Shown: positions 44,086 to 46,396 of the stretch, piece after piece | How the letters are laid out: every line of letters begins with the position of its first letter | How positions within the stretch are numbered: position 1 is the stretch's first letter | Assembly: GCA_020847415.1 (NCBI GenBank) | Contig: JADLBZ010000200.1 | Location: forward strand, 1 to 46,396 | Direction: 5' to 3' | From: Planctomycetota bacterium | Lineage (GTDB): Bacteria > Planctomycetota > UBA8742 > UBA2392 | DNA: 46,396 nucleotides | Notes under the pieces: model-generated | Database searches by the model: none | What the model saw: the letters and a program-made list of their open reading frames with translations, nothing else | Told to the model about the DNA's origin: nothing | Position numbers and translations under genes: made by a program

Positions 44086-46396
44086 GTGCGAGTTCTTTTG
44101 TGTTTGATCGGCCTGCTTGCGCTTGGCCTTGGCCTGCCGGCCCTGTGCGGCCAGACCTACACCGCCTCCAGCATTGCCAACGCGTACTCAACCTACGATG
44201 TGAGCGCGACGGGCACGAACATAACGGGAAGCTGGTCGAGCAGGGACGATGGCAACCAGTCCGTGACCATGCCATTTGCCTTCACGTTCTTTGGCCAGAC
44301 TCCGTTCATCACGCCCTATACGCTGCGTATCTGCACGAACGGCTGGGTCTCGCAGACTGCGACTACTGCCGACCGCGCCACCCCTGCGACGCTTCCGTCC
44401 ACGGCTGCCCCGAACGGCTTCATCGCGGCGTTCTTCCGTGATCTCAGCTTCGGCACCACAGCGGCTCCGCTGGGGAACGCGTACACGCACACCATCGGGG
44501 CAGCCCCCAATCGTGCCTTCGTGGTCCAGTTTGCTGACACGCGCGTTTTTGGCGCTACAGCCACTACCTCTGTCTCGTTCTCCATTGTGCTGTTCGAGAC
44601 GACCAACGTTGTCGAGATCCACTACGGCACGATGACCACCCTCACCTACACCGGAGGGGTTGGCCTGGAGAACTCAACGGGCACTCATGGCATTGCCTCG
44701 CCGGCGGGCTTCAACATTGCGCCCGTAACCTCGGCGGCCTACCGCTGGACCCCTGCTGATGCCGCGGTCCTAACCGTCACCAACAACATGGGTACATCAA
44801 CGGGGCAGGGTATCTATGCCGGCGACGCGGGCGCCGGTGGCAACGGCACCAAAGGCGCCGGCCATGTGGTGGTCGCCAACACATCGTCCACTCTCGCCGG
44901 AAGCCTGATTTCGTTGACTTTCACGGCCAACGGGACCGGAAATGACGCCGCGGCCTACAGTGAGCTGGCCTTGTACCGCGACGCCAACGGAAACACGACC
45001 TACGAAAGCGGTACCGACGTGCTGGTCCAGTCCACGACAGCTTTCGGCGCGGACAACGGCACCGCGACATTTGCCATGAGCAGCGGGCTTTTGATTCCCG
45101 CAAGCAGTAACGCTACGTTCTTCGTCGTCGCCAAGTTCGCGGGTACTTCGCCGAACTGGCCGAACAGCGGCACTACGTTTCTCTACCGGTGTTCCAGCAT
45201 TGCCGTGGCCAGCAGCACGGTGGTCGGGCTGGTCAATGCCACGAACTGCTCCGGGTTCGTCATTACCTCGCCCCACGCGACACTGGCCGACACCAGCCCG
45301 GCGGCACAGGTCGGCTGCCAGACCGGCGCCACCAACCAGGTGGCTGGCTCGTTCAGTGTCGCCTACCCGAACGGCCCCACCGTCAACCTGGCCACGGTCA
45401 CCATCGGCCTGACTTTCGGCGCCGGCGGTGCCACGACCCATGTAACGCGCCTGGACATCTTCACCGACAGCAACGGCAACAACCAGATTGACGGCACCGA
45501 CGCCTCGGTGGGCAACACCACCACCATCGCAGCCAGCAACGCGGTGACCATCAACCAGTCCCTGGCGGCCGGCAGCACCACCCGCTTCCTCATCGTGCTC
45601 AGCTTCAACGCCACGGCGCCCACCAACGCCACGTACCAAGGCCAGGTCACGGCTGCCACCTGGAACTACACCACGGTGACCAACGCGGGCCTGCCCACCA
45701 CGCTCAGCGCGGGGCTGATCATCCAGGTCAACAACGACCTCAACGTCACGCGCAACGGGCCGGGCACATCCACCGCGGTGGACAACGACGCGCAGGGCAC
45801 GGGCAACGCGGGGCTGGTGATCCTGGACTTCTCGCTCAAGACCAACCAGGCTGCCTGGACGGTTACGGACATCACCTTTACCGAGAGCGGCACCGCCGAC
45901 GGCAGCACGGACATCAACTTCCTGGCCCTCTACGAGGACAGCACCACGGGCGGCACCGCGGGCAGCTTTGACGCCGCCGACGCCCTGGCGACCGCCGCGG
46001 CAGGCACGGCCTTCAGCGCCGCCAACGGCACCTATGCCGCCACGCTCTCCACCAGCGCCTGGGCGGTCAGCACCACCCGCCGCTTCTTCCTGGTCTGCAA
46101 GCTCAGCGGCCAGGCAACGGCGGGCGAGACCATCCAGGCCGAAGTCACAGCCCTGACCGCAACCACGGCGGCGACTCCGGCAGCAACGACCGGCGTGCCC
46201 ACCACGGCGGCCAACACAGCCCTGACCATTGACGTTCCCAAGCTGACGGTTGCCCTGGCCGGCCCCGGAGCCTACACGGCGGTCAACAACGACGCCCAGG
46301 GCCCCAACAACGACGGCCTGGTGCTGGCGGAAGTCACCCTCACCACCAAGAACGACCAGTTCAACTTCACCAGCCTCACCTTCACGGCCAGCGGCA
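44086..46396 (+). CDS. Giant surface protein (partial, at least 770 aa; runs off the window): signal peptide, NIDO-like domain, at least four repeats of about 165 aa
   Basis: Absent from the ORF track. GTG at 44086 lies 6 nt after AAGGAG (44074-44079). I translated the whole frame by hand and found no stop. N-terminus VRVLLCLIGLLALGLGLPALCGQTY...MPFAFTFFG...CTNGWV...FIAAFFRDL. The VNNDAQG motif recurs at about 45780 and 46285. Confidence 0.85.
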   Translation, partial: MRVLLCLIGLLALGLGLPALCGQTYTASSIANAYSTYDVSATGTNITGSWSSRDDGNQSVTMPFAFTFFGQTPFITPYTLRICTNGWVSQTATTADRATPATLPSTAAPNGFIAAFFRDLSFGTTAAPLGNAYTHTIGAAPNRAFVVQFADTRVFGATATTSVSFSIVLFETTNVVEIHYGTMTTLTYTGGVGLENSTGTHGIASPAGFNIAPVTSAAYRWTPADAAVLTVTNNMGTSTGQGIYAGDAGAGGNGTKGAGHVVVANTSSTLAGSLISLTFTANGTGNDAAAYSELALYRDANGNTTYESGTDVLVQSTTAFGADNGTATFAMSSGLLIPASSNATFFVVAKFAGTSPNWPNSGTTFLYRCSSIAVASSTVVGLVNATNCSGFVITSPHATLADTSPAAQVGCQTGATNQVAGSFSVAYPNGPTVNLATVTIGLTFGAGGATTHVTRLDIFTDSNGNNQIDGTDASVGNTTTIAASNAVTINQSLAAGSTTRFLIVLSFNATAPTNATYQGQVTAATWNYTTVTNAGLPTTLSAGLIIQVNNDLNVTRNGPGTSTAVDNDAQGTGNAGLVILDFSLKTNQAAWTVTDITFTESGTADGSTDINFLALYEDSTTGGTAGSFDAADALATAAAGTAFSAANGTYAATLSTSAWAVSTTRRFFLVCKLSGQATAGETIQAEVTALTATTAATPAATTGVPTTAANTALTIDVPKLTVALAGPGAYTAVNNDAQGPNNDGLVLAEVTLTTKNDQFNFTSLTFTASG

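Noticed and set aside
1-46396. Looked for mobile elements, prophage, toxin-antitoxin pairs, retron/DGR reverse transcriptases, restriction-modification or other defence systems, and biosynthetic clusters.
   Set aside because: No ORF showed integrase, transposase, RT, nuclease-helicase, methyltransferase, PKS/NRPS or small TA-like signatures by eye. This is an absence of evidence from manual reading only, not from a database search.

Overview
This is a GC-rich, densely coding bacterial chromosomal window (G+C judged by eye, not computed). I saw no rRNA or tRNA genes, no CRISPR array, and no integrase, transposase, reverse transcriptase, phage or recognisable defence genes. All family calls come from motifs read by eye in the translated ORFs; no homology search was possible.

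Layout:
- 1-12 kb: an ABC exporter, then very large exported or membrane-anchored proteins built from CarboxypepD_reg-like beta-sandwich repeats. The run ends in a PPC plus prenyltransferase-like (QW-motif) protein.
- 12-20 kb: a housekeeping block (MIP channel-arsC, nrdR, YkgJ-like, maf, hemY, MFS, STAS, HU).
- 20.6-25.3 kb: a probable NO/O2-sensing cluster. It holds NnrS fused to DUF1858/ScdA_N modules, an FmdE-like gene, and a divergent MBL-fold di-iron (ODP-like) protein with a soluble MCP.
- 25.4-46.4 kb: a cell-surface island.

Most notable observations:
1. A TlpA-like thioredoxin has an in-frame TGA exactly at the first CxxC position (W-U-G-P-C) with a SECIS-compatible hairpin. An additional in-frame TAG cuts off its signal peptide.
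2. An ECF sigma factor is fused through one TM helix to about 900 aa of extracytoplasmic repeats.
3. Two paralogous 495-aa HTH regulators each sit beside a NIDO-like giant surface protein, and related GGAAT/ATTCC inverted repeats lie upstream of both regulator genes.
4. A MYXO-CTERM-like Gly-Cys/TM/RRRK sorting tag lies in the middle of a 930-aa protein rather than at its end.

A long GTG-initiated ORF (44086 to the window end) is missing from the supplied track because it has no stop in the window. Several REP-like and tandem repeats occupy the intergenic gaps.
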